From positions 12,710 to 76,709 of the forward strand of contig JBJEVN010000020.1 in NCBI GenBank assembly GCA_051884385.1: 64,000 bases of DNA, written 5' to 3'. Made by a program: the position numbers and the translations under genes. The stretch comes from Akkermansia sp. (GTDB taxonomy: Bacteria > Verrucomicrobiota > Verrucomicrobiia > Verrucomicrobiales > Akkermansiaceae). The notes below the pieces were generated by a model. The model made no database searches. It was not told where the DNA came from and saw only the letters and a list, made by a program, of their open reading frames with translations. Positions 29,578 to 38,635 of the stretch are shown here, piece by piece; positions within the stretch are counted from its first letter, which is position 1, and every line of letters begins with the position of its first letter.

Positions 29578-30186
29578 ATGTCGAAAAGATACCTTCCTCT
29601 TGTCTCGTTCATTCCGGCGCTCCTCGCGGGGCTCCTTTCGCAGGCGGCAGGAGAGGAAGTGCGCGGCGTCAGCACCGGATTTGTGCAGCCGCTGGCTCCC
29701 TGCCGCAGTGCCATGCCTTCCAAGAAATGGCCGAAACTCGGTCGCGATCAGTGGGGCATGCCCTTTTACCACCCCGGGCAGATGCGGCGCGTCGTGCGCA
29801 CCACCGCCTACACCCACAGCGAAAGCGACCATGTCCGCTACGGAGCCATGAGCGCGGCGGGGACACCCCTGCGCTACACCGACACGGTGCGCAGCGCCGC
29901 CGCTGACTGGTCCGTCTACCCGCTCGGGACGCGCTTCCGCATCAAAGGTCAGCCCTACACCTACGTTGTCGATGACTACGGCACCGCACTGACCGGCACC
30001 GGCACCATCGACATCTACCAGCCCAGCCGCAGCCTCATGCGCGCGTGGGGGCGGCGCATTGTGGAAATCGAGGTGCTGGAATGGGGCTCCTCGCTGCGCA
30101 GTCTGGAGACGCTCACCGCAAGGCAGCGCTACAAGCACTGCCAACAGATGTATGCCGCCCTGCAGGAACAGCAGCGGCACCGCTGA
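29578..30186 (+). CDS. secreted 3D (Asp-Asp-Asp) domain protein, paralog 1
   Basis: Signal peptide. RTTAYTHSESDH...AADWSVYPLGTRFRIKG...VVDDYGTALTGTGTIDIY fits the MltA-type 3D domain pattern. Start set at MSKRYL. Confidence 0.7.
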   Translation: MSKRYLPLVSFIPALLAGLLSQAAGEEVRGVSTGFVQPLAPCRSAMPSKKWPKLGRDQWGMPFYHPGQMRRVVRTTAYTHSESDHVRYGAMSAAGTPLRYTDTVRSAAADWSVYPLGTRFRIKGQPYTYVVDDYGTALTGTGTIDIYQPSRSLMRAWGRRIVEIEVLEWGSSLRSLETLTARQRYKHCQQMYAALQEQQRHR

Positions 30187-30225
30187 ATGGACAGTTTCTT
30201 TCGGAAAACAGAATCATTTTTTTGC

Positions 30226-30253
30226 AAAGCTGCCGCATGCGGCAGCTTTTTTT
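30226..30253 (+). terminator. rho-independent terminator
   Basis: AAAGCTGCCG, loop CATG, CGGCAGCTTT, then a T-run (TTTTTTT overall). Confidence 0.65.
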
Positions 30254-30374
30254 CTTTGCCGCTATCGACACGGCAGCTCCAAGATGTAGATGCGCCGCGC
30301 GCCAAACGCACCCAAGGGTTGTGATACCGCCCCCGGGCAGCATGCACGCACGAGCCCGTCGGGGAACAAGATTC

Positions 30375-30403
30375 TTGTCGCGACACAACGCCCGAGCTAT
30401 GCT
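30375..30403 (+). promoter_or_regulatory. promoter: TTGTCG, 17 nt, TATGCT (about 20 nt before the start codon)
   Basis: -35 at 30375-30380 and -10 at 30398-30403. Confidence 0.4.
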
Positions 30404-30420
30404 ATCGGGCGTATTCTGCC

Positions 30421-31071
30421 GTGATGCTGATGACCTTATCCCGTTTGGCACTGTGTGTATGTCTCCTCGTCTGCTCCGGATGGTTCTCCGGAGTGGCACT
30501 CGGCGCGGAAGCGCCGAGCGGGCTTCGGACGGACTTCTGCTCCCCCCTGCCTCCGGGCGGCGGCACTCCCCTGCTGAGCAAGGATCGCCGGGGTATGTCC
30601 TTCTACTCGCAGGAGCAGCGGCGGCGCTTTGTCCGCACCACGGCCTACACGCACAGCGAAAATGACCATCTGATTTACGGGCGCAAGAATGCCGTCAACG
30701 GGGATTTACAGTTCTCCGACCATCTGCGCAGCGCCGCCGCCGACTGGTCGGTCTACCCCGTCGGCACCAAGTTCCGCATCAAGGGACAGCCAGCCCTCTA
30801 CATTGTCGATGATTACGGCGGCGCCTTGGTCGGTACGGGCACCATTGATTTGTACCATCCGACCCGCGCGCAGATGCGCGCTTGGGGATGCCGCGTGGTC
30901 GAAATCGAGGTGCTGGAGTGGGGCTCGCCGCAGCGCAGTCTGGATCTGCTGGCGGCTCGACGGCGTTCCCGCCACTGTCTGAGGATGTATGCAGCGCTGA
31001 AGACCAGGCTCAGGCACTGCAGGAAGCTGCCGGGGACAGCGCTCCCTCATGCTGCAACAGCAGCTCTTTGA
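30421..31071 (+). CDS. secreted 3D domain protein, paralog 2
   Basis: RTTAYTHSENDH...AADWSVYPVGTKFRIKG...IVDDYGGALVGTGTIDLY. Roughly 70 percent identical to paralog 1 over the domain (by eye). The 3' end overlaps convergent ogt by 62 nt. Confidence 0.7.
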   Translation: MMLMTLSRLALCVCLLVCSGWFSGVALGAEAPSGLRTDFCSPLPPGGGTPLLSKDRRGMSFYSQEQRRRFVRTTAYTHSENDHLIYGRKNAVNGDLQFSDHLRSAAADWSVYPVGTKFRIKGQPALYIVDDYGGALVGTGTIDLYHPTRAQMRAWGCRVVEIEVLEWGSPQRSLDLLAARRRSRHCLRMYAALKTRLRHCRKLPGTALPHAATAAL

Positions 31072-31525
31072 GCTCCTGCCCCGCTGCATAGCCGCCCAAG
31101 GAGGCATCGCCGCGGATAACCCGATGACAGGGAATGAGCAGGACAATGGGATTGCGCGCCACCGCTGCCCCCACCGCTCGGGGGGAGCTGCCCACGCTAG
31201 CGGCCAGCTCCCCGTAGCTCAGCGTCCTGCCGCAGGGTATCTGCTGCAGCGCGCGCCACACGCGACAGCAGAAGGGCGTGCCAAGGGGACGCAACGGGAG
31301 CTCTCCGGCAGCGGGACGCTCACCGCATTCGTAGCGCTGCAACCAATGCGCCACCTCGGCAGCCAGCCCCTCGGGGTGTTGGGCAGGCACAGGCAGTTGG
31401 CCATACGGACGGGCGAAAAAACGCTGCCCCTCAAACCACAGCCCGAGAACTGAGGCGGCATCCGTCAGCAGCCACAGGGTTCGGGAGGCAAAGACAAGAC
31501 GATTACTCCGCAACACAGGGGACAT
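31010..31525 (-). CDS. ogt: methylated-DNA--protein-cysteine methyltransferase
   Basis: GTPFCCRVWRALQQIPCGRTLSYGELA...NPIVLLIPCHRVI carries the PCHR active site. Start set at MSPVLRS (31525). Confidence 0.85.
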   Translation of the reverse strand: MSPVLRSNRLVFASRTLWLLTDAASVLGLWFEGQRFFARPYGQLPVPAQHPEGLAAEVAHWLQRYECGERPAAGELPLRPLGTPFCCRVWRALQQIPCGRTLSYGELAASVGSSPRAVGAAVARNPIVLLIPCHRVIRGDASLGGYAAGQELKELLLQHEGALSPAASCSA

Positions 31526-31627
31526 GATACGCAGGGAGACGCCCGCCGACAAGACTGTTCGGCAACAAGCAGCCCCGCCGACATGTTTCGGCCGGCGGGG
31601 CTGCCGCAAGGAACCGTGCAGGCGCAC

Positions 31628-33466
31628 TTACTTCGCCAGCAGCTTTTCGAGCAGCTTTTGGCTGTTCTCCGCCAAGTCGGCGGGATTGTCGAGCAATCCC
31701 GCGCGCAGCAGCGCCGTGTCAATCAGCTGGGTGACCAGCAGCTGCGCGGTCTCGGCATCGCTCTGCTGCAGCTCGGCCAGCTTGAGCACGATGGGATGGC
31801 GCGGGTTGAAGGCAATCTCAGGATGCGTCTCAGGCACCTCCTGACCCATCGCACGCAGGTAGGCCTTCACCTCGGGCGAGAAGTCATGCTCGCCTTGCAG
31901 AGCCATCGCCGGGGCGGAGCTCACGCGATCGCTGATGCTCACCTTGCTGAAGCGCTCCTTGAACAGGCCACCCACCCAATCCGTCAGGGACTTGGCGGCA
32001 GATTCCTCCAGGCTCGGCTCGTCCGGAGCCTCGTTGTCCAGCGGCGGCAGGTCGAGATTCGCGCGGTCGACGGACTTGATATCCTTCTCGCCGAACTTCA
32101 TCAAACTGTCGACCACAAAGGGATCGCCGCCCTCCGTGAAGAAGCACACCTCAAACCCGCGTGCCTTGAGCGCGTCAAGGTAGGGGCTGTCCTCCAGCTG
32201 AGTGCGCGAGGCGCCGTAGAGCACATAGATGTCCTTCTGGTTCTCCTTCATGCGGCCCACATAGTCCTCGAAGCTCGTCAGCTTACCCGACTCGGTGAAG
32301 GTCGACTCGAAGCGCAGCAGCTTGCCCAGAGCCTCCTTGTGCTCCCAGCTTGTCACCACCCCCTCCTTGATAAAGCGGCCGAATTGGCGCCAGAATTTCT
32401 CGTAGGTGTCGGCATCGCTCTTGGCGAGGTCAGCCAAGTGCTTCAGGAAGCGCTTGGTGATGATGCCCGAAATCTTGTGCAGAAGCGTATGGTCTTGGAG
32501 CATCTCGCGGCTGATATTCAGCGGCAAATCCTCGCTGTCCACCACCCCGGACAGGAAACGCAGCCACTCGGGCAGGAGCTTCTCCGGCTTGCTGTCAATC
32601 AGCACCTTGTGGCAATACAGCGATACCTCGGGCTCCGTGCGTCCAAAGCCCATCATCTCGGGGTTCTGCTCCGGCACAAAAAGCACGGCATTGAGCACGA
32701 TGGGCGCCTCAGCGCTGAAGTGCATGTGCGTCAGCGGCTTGCCGTCCGTATGCGCGATGAACTGATAAAAGCCGGTGTATTCCTCTTCCGAGACCTCCTT
32801 TTTGCTCTTCATCCAAATGGCCTGCACCGTGTTGAGGTGCTCGCCGTTGAAGTCGATCGGAAAACCGACGAAATTGCTGTATTTGCCCAGCACATAGCGC
32901 AGGCGGTCGGGCTTGGCGAAGTCCGCCGCATCCTCCTTCAGGCGAATGAGGATGCGCGTGCCGCGCGGGGTATCGTCGGGAGCCGCCTCCAGCTCATAGC
33001 CCTCCTGCCCGTCGCTCACCCAGCGCACGGGAGCCGCCTCCGGCTGCCAGCTCCGCGTGGTCACCTCCACCTTGTCGGCGGCCATGAACACGCTGTAAAA
33101 GCCCACGCCGAACTGACCGATGAGATCCTTGGCATCGCCGCTCTCCTTGGCCGCCTCCAGAAATTTCTTGGTGCCGCTGTGGGCGATGGTTCCCAAATAC
33201 TCTACCACTTCCTCGCGGGTCATGCCGATGCCGGCATCGGCAATCGTCAGCGTCTTGCCCTCCTCATCGGTCTCGATGCTGATGCGCAGCTCGCGCTCCG
33301 GTTGATACACGGACGATTCCGTCAGCTGCTTGAGGCGCAGCTTTTCCAAGGCATCGGAGGCATTGGAGACGAGCTCACGCACAAACACCTCGCGGTCGCT
33401 GTAGAACGCGTGGATGACGATGTCGAGCAGCTGGCGTACTTCTGTTTGAAACGGATGATTTTCCAT
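31628..33466 (-). CDS. htpG: molecular chaperone HtpG (Hsp90)
   Basis: FQTEVRQLLDIVIHAFYSDREVFVRELVSNASDALEKLR. Start at MENHPF is preceded by AAGGAG, 8 nt upstream. Confidence 0.95.
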   Translation of the reverse strand: MENHPFQTEVRQLLDIVIHAFYSDREVFVRELVSNASDALEKLRLKQLTESSVYQPERELRISIETDEEGKTLTIADAGIGMTREEVVEYLGTIAHSGTKKFLEAAKESGDAKDLIGQFGVGFYSVFMAADKVEVTTRSWQPEAAPVRWVSDGQEGYELEAAPDDTPRGTRILIRLKEDAADFAKPDRLRYVLGKYSNFVGFPIDFNGEHLNTVQAIWMKSKKEVSEEEYTGFYQFIAHTDGKPLTHMHFSAEAPIVLNAVLFVPEQNPEMMGFGRTEPEVSLYCHKVLIDSKPEKLLPEWLRFLSGVVDSEDLPLNISREMLQDHTLLHKISGIITKRFLKHLADLAKSDADTYEKFWRQFGRFIKEGVVTSWEHKEALGKLLRFESTFTESGKLTSFEDYVGRMKENQKDIYVLYGASRTQLEDSPYLDALKARGFEVCFFTEGGDPFVVDSLMKFGEKDIKSVDRANLDLPPLDNEAPDEPSLEESAAKSLTDWVGGLFKERFSKVSISDRVSSAPAMALQGEHDFSPEVKAYLRAMGQEVPETHPEIAFNPRHPIVLKLAELQQSDAETAQLLVTQLIDTALLRAGLLDNPADLAENSQKLLEKLLAK

Positions 33467-33492
33467 AGTGCAATCTCCTTTGGTTGCCCGCC

Positions 33493-33520
33493 ATTGTAGC
33501 CCCGACTGCCCCGCCGTCAA
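33493..33520 (-). promoter_or_regulatory. promoter: TTGACG, 16 nt, TACAAT, with a 26-nt interval containing AAGGAG before the htpG ATG
   Basis: Minus-strand -35 at 33520-33515 and -10 at 33498-33493. This is the one clear Shine-Dalgarno-led gene in the window. Confidence 0.5.
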
Positions 33521-33744
33521 GTCGGCACTGTGGCATGGTGCCCCGCCGCCCGCCCCCATACGCTGAAAGGAGCCGCTCCCACAAACGGAAGCGACTCCTT
33601 TCAGCAATCAACTCAAAACTACATGAAAAAAACACAAACCCGACTCCGAATGGCAAACCACCATAACCTAACCGGGCTCATGGAAGTGAGACTCCCACAC
33701 CAAACAATGCGTTCAAAAAAAAGCACATTTTTTTTGCGCTGCGA

Positions 33745-34800
33745 TTATTGCGGGGAAGCATCGCCCTCTTCTTCGCGGAAACGGAGCTCCTTGCACCAAC
33801 CGTCACGCGGAATCACTGTGTTGGGGAAAATCGCACAGGCCGCATCGCGATACGCGCGGGGATTCGGCATGGAAGGGCTGAAATGCGTAAGCCACAGCTC
33901 GCGCACGCCCCCCGCCTGCGCCGCCAACTGCGCAGCCTCGCGGAAGAGCATGTGGCGATTCTCGCGCGCCTTGGGCAGCATCTCATCCTCGCCGTACATC
34001 CCCTCGCAGATGAAGAGGTCGCTGTCCGCCGCCGCCACCGCGATGGAGGGCAGCGGGCGCGTGTCGGTGCAGTAGGTGAGCTTCAGCCCGCGGCGCGGCG
34101 CGCCCAGCACCATTTCCGGGCAGTAGGTCTTGCCCCCCTGCTCCACCGTCTCCCCGCGCTGCAGGCGGGACCACAGCGCCAGCGGCACTCCCTGCTCCCG
34201 CGCACGCGCCGCATCGAAACGCCCCGCGCGCGCCAGCGAGATGCTGTAGCCGTAGCAGGGAACTCCGTGCTGCACGCGAAACGCGCGGATGTCGCAATCG
34301 AGGAAATACATCAACTCCTCCTCCGTCTCCAGCTCGCTGACCCGAAGCTCGAAAGGCAGATTGGGGGCAATGGTGCATAGCGCCGTCACGGCGCGTTCCG
34401 TGCCCACGGGACCGATGACGGAGAGCGGCTCCGTCTTGCCCATGTTCCCCATCGAGAGCAGCAGCCCGGGCAAGCCCGAAATGTGGTCGGCGTGCAGATG
34501 CGTCAGCAGCAGCTTATCCACCGCCTTGAGACTCTGCCCCGCTTTCTGCGCAGCAATCTGCGTACCTTCGCCGCAATCAATCAACACCGCATGCCCCTTG
34601 TAACGCACCAGCAGAGAGGTGAGCCAACGATTCGCCAACGGCAGCGTACCGCCAGTTCCGAGCAGACAAAGATCCAACACGCCCGCAGTGTGGCACAAGC
34701 GGCAAGTCCTTGTCAAGTCCCCAGCGCGTACCCACCCAAAGCAACCGCATTGGGGACATGTCATGTCGTGAAAAGAGCGTTTTAAGGACGTCGAGAGCAA
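33745..34800 (-). CDS. rnz: ribonuclease Z (MBL-fold); possible 40-aa N-terminal Cys4 extension
   Basis: LLGTGGTLP...VLIDCGEGTQ...LLLTHLHADHISGLPGLL. The start is uncertain: ATG 34800, ATG 34764 (MTCPQCG) or GTG 34680 (VLDLCLLGTGG). Confidence 0.8.
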   Translation of the reverse strand: MLSTSLKRSFHDMTCPQCGCFGWVRAGDLTRTCRLCHTAGVLDLCLLGTGGTLPLANRWLTSLLVRYKGHAVLIDCGEGTQIAAQKAGQSLKAVDKLLLTHLHADHISGLPGLLLSMGNMGKTEPLSVIGPVGTERAVTALCTIAPNLPFELRVSELETEEELMYFLDCDIRAFRVQHGVPCYGYSISLARAGRFDAARAREQGVPLALWSRLQRGETVEQGGKTYCPEMVLGAPRRGLKLTYCTDTRPLPSIAVAAADSDLFICEGMYGEDEMLPKARENRHMLFREAAQLAAQAGGVRELWLTHFSPSMPNPRAYRDAACAIFPNTVIPRDGWCKELRFREEEGDASPQ

Positions 34801-34993
34801 AGAATTCCTGCAAGACTGCCTTAAACTTCATAGGGGGCAGCTCCTTGTATCGTCTCAGGATGTTTCCGGCAAAACGGAGTGGTCTCGAAAAGATCTCCGC
34901 TGAGTTTCCTGCCCTCTTTTGACCGGCACCCCATGCCATTGGTTTTCAATCCCCCGTCGCATTGGATTTTGCGACTTGCTTCCCAAAATGAGC

Positions 34994-35022
34994 TTGTCGG
35001 CACACGCCGAATAAGGTAGATT
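34994..35022 (+). promoter_or_regulatory. promoter: TTGTCG, 17 nt, TAGATT, then 6 nt to ATG at 35029
   Basis: -35 at 34994-34999 and -10 at 35017-35022. Shares the 15-nt module AATGAGCTTGTCGGC (34987-35001) with the promoters at 3142-3170 and 630-658. Confidence 0.5.
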
Positions 35023-35028
35023 AGGAGA

Positions 35029-36012
35029 ATGCAAGAGCATGACTTTTCTCTCGAATGGAAGCGCCTGGCCGATTTGCCCGATGCGGAGGGTTTTGCAGGC
35101 ATGTACGCCGGGGTCAGCAACGGGGCGCTGCTGGTATGCGGCGGTGCCAATTTCCCTGAAAAACCGCTGTGGGAGGGCGGCGCCAAGCGCTGGACCGACC
35201 GCGTGTTCATCATGGAACCGGGCGGCATCGGCTGGCAGGATGCGGCGCCGCTGCCCAAGCCGCTGGGTTACGGAGCATCGGCCTCGCTGCCGCGGGGGCT
35301 CATGCTGATCGGCGGCTGCAACGCAGGTGGTGCCGTAGCTGATTGCTGGCTGCTGCGTTACGAAGAGGGAGAGCTGAACTGCCGCGCTCTGGCGCCGCTG
35401 CCTGTCACGCTGACGGGGCATGCCGCCGTGGTCATGGGCGGCAAGGTCTATGTGCAGGGCGGCAGTTTGGCCGTCGGCGAGCAGGACGCGGAGAGTCGCA
35501 TGTGGGTGTACGACCCCGAGGCGAACAGCTGGAGCGAGGGCGAGCCCCTGCCCGCGCGCGGACGCTTCCTGCACCAGATGGCCGTCATCGGCCACACCAT
35601 CTATGTGTTGGGCGGCATCGGGCTGAAGCCCGGAGCCAACGGGCGCGCTGAGCGCGAGATGCTGACGGAGGCCTGGAGCTACAGCGCCTCGGGCGGCTGG
35701 CGGCGCCTGGCGCATCTGCCGCGCTTCTGCGGCGCCGCGCCCACCCCCGCCCCCGTACTTTCGGGACGCATCTTCCTCTTGGGCGGCGATGATGCCACGG
35801 TGCGCGGCTTCACCCCGGCCAATCACCCCGGTTTCCACAACGCGAGCCTGTGCTACAGCCCCGCCGCCGATGCGTGGAGCGAAGCCGGCGAGGTGGCGGC
35901 GGCGCGCGCGGTGCTGCCCTGCGCCTTGTGGAACGGTCTGGCCGTCATCGTCAACGGCGAACAACGCCCCGGCAAGCGCTCCCCGCAGGTTTGGGGGCTG
36001 CGCCTGCACTGA
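35029..36012 (+). CDS. Kelch-repeat beta-propeller protein, NanM/YjhT-like (possibly the cyclically permuted mutarotase family); no signal peptide
   Basis: Repeated GG...V/IYV.GG Kelch-like blades, and VCGGANFPEKPLWEGG. Confidence 0.65.
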   Translation: MQEHDFSLEWKRLADLPDAEGFAGMYAGVSNGALLVCGGANFPEKPLWEGGAKRWTDRVFIMEPGGIGWQDAAPLPKPLGYGASASLPRGLMLIGGCNAGGAVADCWLLRYEEGELNCRALAPLPVTLTGHAAVVMGGKVYVQGGSLAVGEQDAESRMWVYDPEANSWSEGEPLPARGRFLHQMAVIGHTIYVLGGIGLKPGANGRAEREMLTEAWSYSASGGWRRLAHLPRFCGAAPTPAPVLSGRIFLLGGDDATVRGFTPANHPGFHNASLCYSPAADAWSEAGEVAAARAVLPCALWNGLAVIVNGEQRPGKRSPQVWGLRLH

Positions 36013-36035
36013 GTCTTTTCCTCTCCTTTTCGCAC

Positions 36036-37169
36036 ATGAACACCTTCTACCAAAAAATTCTTCCGCAGTTGGCGGTCGCCTGCGCCTTGATGACCGGGGT
36101 ACAGGCGGCGCCCCCGGTGCTGGAGAGCCTCGACGAGGGGCAGTGCCCCCGCATCGCAGACAGCCTGGGACGCGCGGGCATGGCGGCCGTCGCCTTAAAC
36201 GGTGCGCACGGCACGCCTCAGCTGCTGGTGCTGGGCGGAGCGAATTTCCCGCATGCCAAACGCAGCGCCACGGGATTTCTCCAAACCGGGGCAAAAGTAT
36301 TCTACGACAGCGTGGAGGTGTTTAGTCCCGCGCTGGGAGCTTCGCTGCCGCTGGGCAAGCTGCCCTACCCCGTGGGCTATGCCGCCTACGCGCCGACGGA
36401 GCGCGGCATGCTGCTGGCGGGGGGCTGCAATGCCGACGGGCACCTGCGCGACACCCTGTTGCTCCGCTGTGCGTCGGGCGGTCTGACCATCACCCCGCAG
36501 GCTCCGCTGCCCATTCCTCTGGCCTACCCGGCTTTTGTCGAGCACGACGGCAAGCTCTACATCTTCGGCGGTCAGGAGAGCCCCGATGCCACCACGGCGC
36601 TCAGGCGTTGCTTCGTGTGGGAATCGGGCGCGTGGCGCGAGCTGGCTTCCATGCCGGGCGAGGGGCGCATGCTGGCGGCGGCGGGCGCTGTCGACGGGCG
36701 CATCTATGTCGTCGGCGGTTGCAGCCTGCATCCCGATGCAGCGGGCAAGGCCGAGCGCAGCTACCTCAACAGCGTGCTGGTCTATGACCCGAACGCCGAC
36801 ACATGGGAGGAAGCGCCGTCCATGCCGGAGACGCTGGTGGCTCCCGCCTCTCCCCTGCCCGTCTGGCGCGGACGCTTGCTCGTCATCGGCGGCGATCCCG
36901 GCAACTACTACCGTGCCAAGCTGGCCGGGCAGGAGCCGCCGCAGCACCCGGGGCAGAATCGGCGCGTCTACGCCTTTGCCCCTGCTGATGGTACCTGGAC
37001 CTCCCTCGGCGACAACTGCGTGGGCATTGCCACCGCGCCCGCCGTGGGCGTGGGCAACACCGTCTACACCATCTCCGGCGAAACACGCCCCGCTGTGCGC
37101 ACCCCCGTCATCGGCACGCTCCGCCTGAGCGAACCCTCTACTTCAACCACCATTCCCCCCACACGCTAA
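36036..37169 (+). CDS. Kelch-repeat beta-propeller protein, NanM/YjhT-like, with signal peptide
   Basis: MNTFYQKILPQLAVACALMTGVQAAPP signal peptide. VLGGANFPHAKRS, KLYIFGG and RIYVVGG blades. The track ORF from 35850 is over-extended. Confidence 0.65.
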   Translation: MNTFYQKILPQLAVACALMTGVQAAPPVLESLDEGQCPRIADSLGRAGMAAVALNGAHGTPQLLVLGGANFPHAKRSATGFLQTGAKVFYDSVEVFSPALGASLPLGKLPYPVGYAAYAPTERGMLLAGGCNADGHLRDTLLLRCASGGLTITPQAPLPIPLAYPAFVEHDGKLYIFGGQESPDATTALRRCFVWESGAWRELASMPGEGRMLAAAGAVDGRIYVVGGCSLHPDAAGKAERSYLNSVLVYDPNADTWEEAPSMPETLVAPASPLPVWRGRLLVIGGDPGNYYRAKLAGQEPPQHPGQNRRVYAFAPADGTWTSLGDNCVGIATAPAVGVGNTVYTISGETRPAVRTPVIGTLRLSEPSTSTTIPPTR

Positions 37170-37172
37170 CTT

Positions 37173-38612
37173 ATGCTTACCTCCATCCTGACACCCCTCG
37201 GAGAGGCTTTTTGTTCCTGCCTCCACCTCATCGCCTCGCTGGCCGAGGCCACCCCCTGGGCCTCGATTGCCCTGCTGATTCTCGGCCTTGTCATCGGCCT
37301 GCGCCAAGGGCTGCGCAACAAGGCACCGAACGGCGATCCGCCCGCCGGAGGTCCCGGCAAGTGGGCGTGGATTGCCGTGGCCGTCCTTTGGGTCGTCGTC
37401 ATGCTCAACTACTTTGACCGCCAGCTGCTCGCCGTGCTCAACACGAGCATCACGACCGGCGAAGGCGGCATTGCCATGACTCAGGCGCAGTTCGGCACCG
37501 TCACCTCCGCCTTCCTCGTCATCTACGCCGCGCTCAGCCCCGTGGGCGGCTACCTGGCCGACCGCTTCAGCCGCAGCTTCATCATTCTCTGCTCGCTGAT
37601 TGTGTGGTCCTTCGTCACCTGGATGACAGGCAAGGCCGAGAGCTACGAGGAGCTGATTCTGTGGCGCGGCGCCATGGGCATCAGCGAGGCCTTCTACATC
37701 CCCGCTGCGCTGGCACTCATCTCGGACTACCACCGCGGCGGCACGCGCTCCATGGCCACAGGGCTGCACATGAGCGGCATCTACGCCGGGCAGATGCTCG
37801 CGGGCTGCGGCGCACTGATGGCGGGCGACCCCTGCCAGCTGGGCTGGCGGCTAACCTTTGAGACCTTCGGCTTTGTCGGCGTGCTCTACGCGCTGATTGT
37901 CATTCTCTTCCTGCGCAACCCGAAGGGTGCCGAGGCTCCCACGGCTGCCAAGGAGACCGCCGCCGCCCCGGCTGCGGGCGATTTCTCCTTCGGCGACATG
38001 CTGCGCAGCCTGTTTACGGGGCGCGCCATGGCCATGCTGCTGGTCATGTATGCCTGCGCGGGCTTTGCCAACTGGTTCCTCATGGGCTGGTACCCGCGCC
38101 TGCTGCAGGATATGTTCGGCATCTCCGAATCGCAGGCCGGCCCCACCGCCACCTTCTGGATCAACATTGCCAAGTACATTGCCGTGCTGGTGGCTGCCGT
38201 GGTGGCCGACCGCTGGTACCTGCGCAACCGCAATGCGCGCGCCTATGTGCCGGGTATCTGCTTCTGCGTGGCAGGACCCTGCGTCATTGTCGCCATGCTG
38301 CCCGCCCTCGGGTTCCCCATCGCGCTGGGACTCGCGCTGACGGTGGCGCTCGTCTCCATGCAGGGGGTGGCGCAGGGCTCGCTGGATGCCACGCTCATGC
38401 CCGTGCTGCGCTCGATGATTGACGAGCGCTTCTCCGCCACAGGCTACGGCCTGCTCAACCTCACCTCGGTGGCGGCGGGTGCGCTCATCAGCTGGGGCGG
38501 CGGTGCGCTCAAGGACATGAATGTCAACCTCGGCGTGCCGCTGAGCATCGCCGGGCTGCTCATGGTCGTCTGCGGTCTCTTCTTCTTCTTCCTGCCCAAG
38601 AAGAGCTGCTGA
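37173..38612 (+). CDS. MFS transporter (anion:cation symporter-like, possibly for an acidic sugar)
   Basis: DRQLLAVLNTSI...FGTVTSAFLVIYAALSPVGGYLADRFSR...WRGAMGISEAFYIPAAL with about 12 TM segments. Confidence 0.75.
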   Translation: MLTSILTPLGEAFCSCLHLIASLAEATPWASIALLILGLVIGLRQGLRNKAPNGDPPAGGPGKWAWIAVAVLWVVVMLNYFDRQLLAVLNTSITTGEGGIAMTQAQFGTVTSAFLVIYAALSPVGGYLADRFSRSFIILCSLIVWSFVTWMTGKAESYEELILWRGAMGISEAFYIPAALALISDYHRGGTRSMATGLHMSGIYAGQMLAGCGALMAGDPCQLGWRLTFETFGFVGVLYALIVILFLRNPKGAEAPTAAKETAAAPAAGDFSFGDMLRSLFTGRAMAMLLVMYACAGFANWFLMGWYPRLLQDMFGISESQAGPTATFWINIAKYIAVLVAAVVADRWYLRNRNARAYVPGICFCVAGPCVIVAMLPALGFPIALGLALTVALVSMQGVAQGSLDATLMPVLRSMIDERFSATGYGLLNLTSVAAGALISWGGGALKDMNVNLGVPLSIAGLLMVVCGLFFFFLPKKSC

Positions 38613-38635
38613 GCTCTCGATATTCCGCTTGTCGA

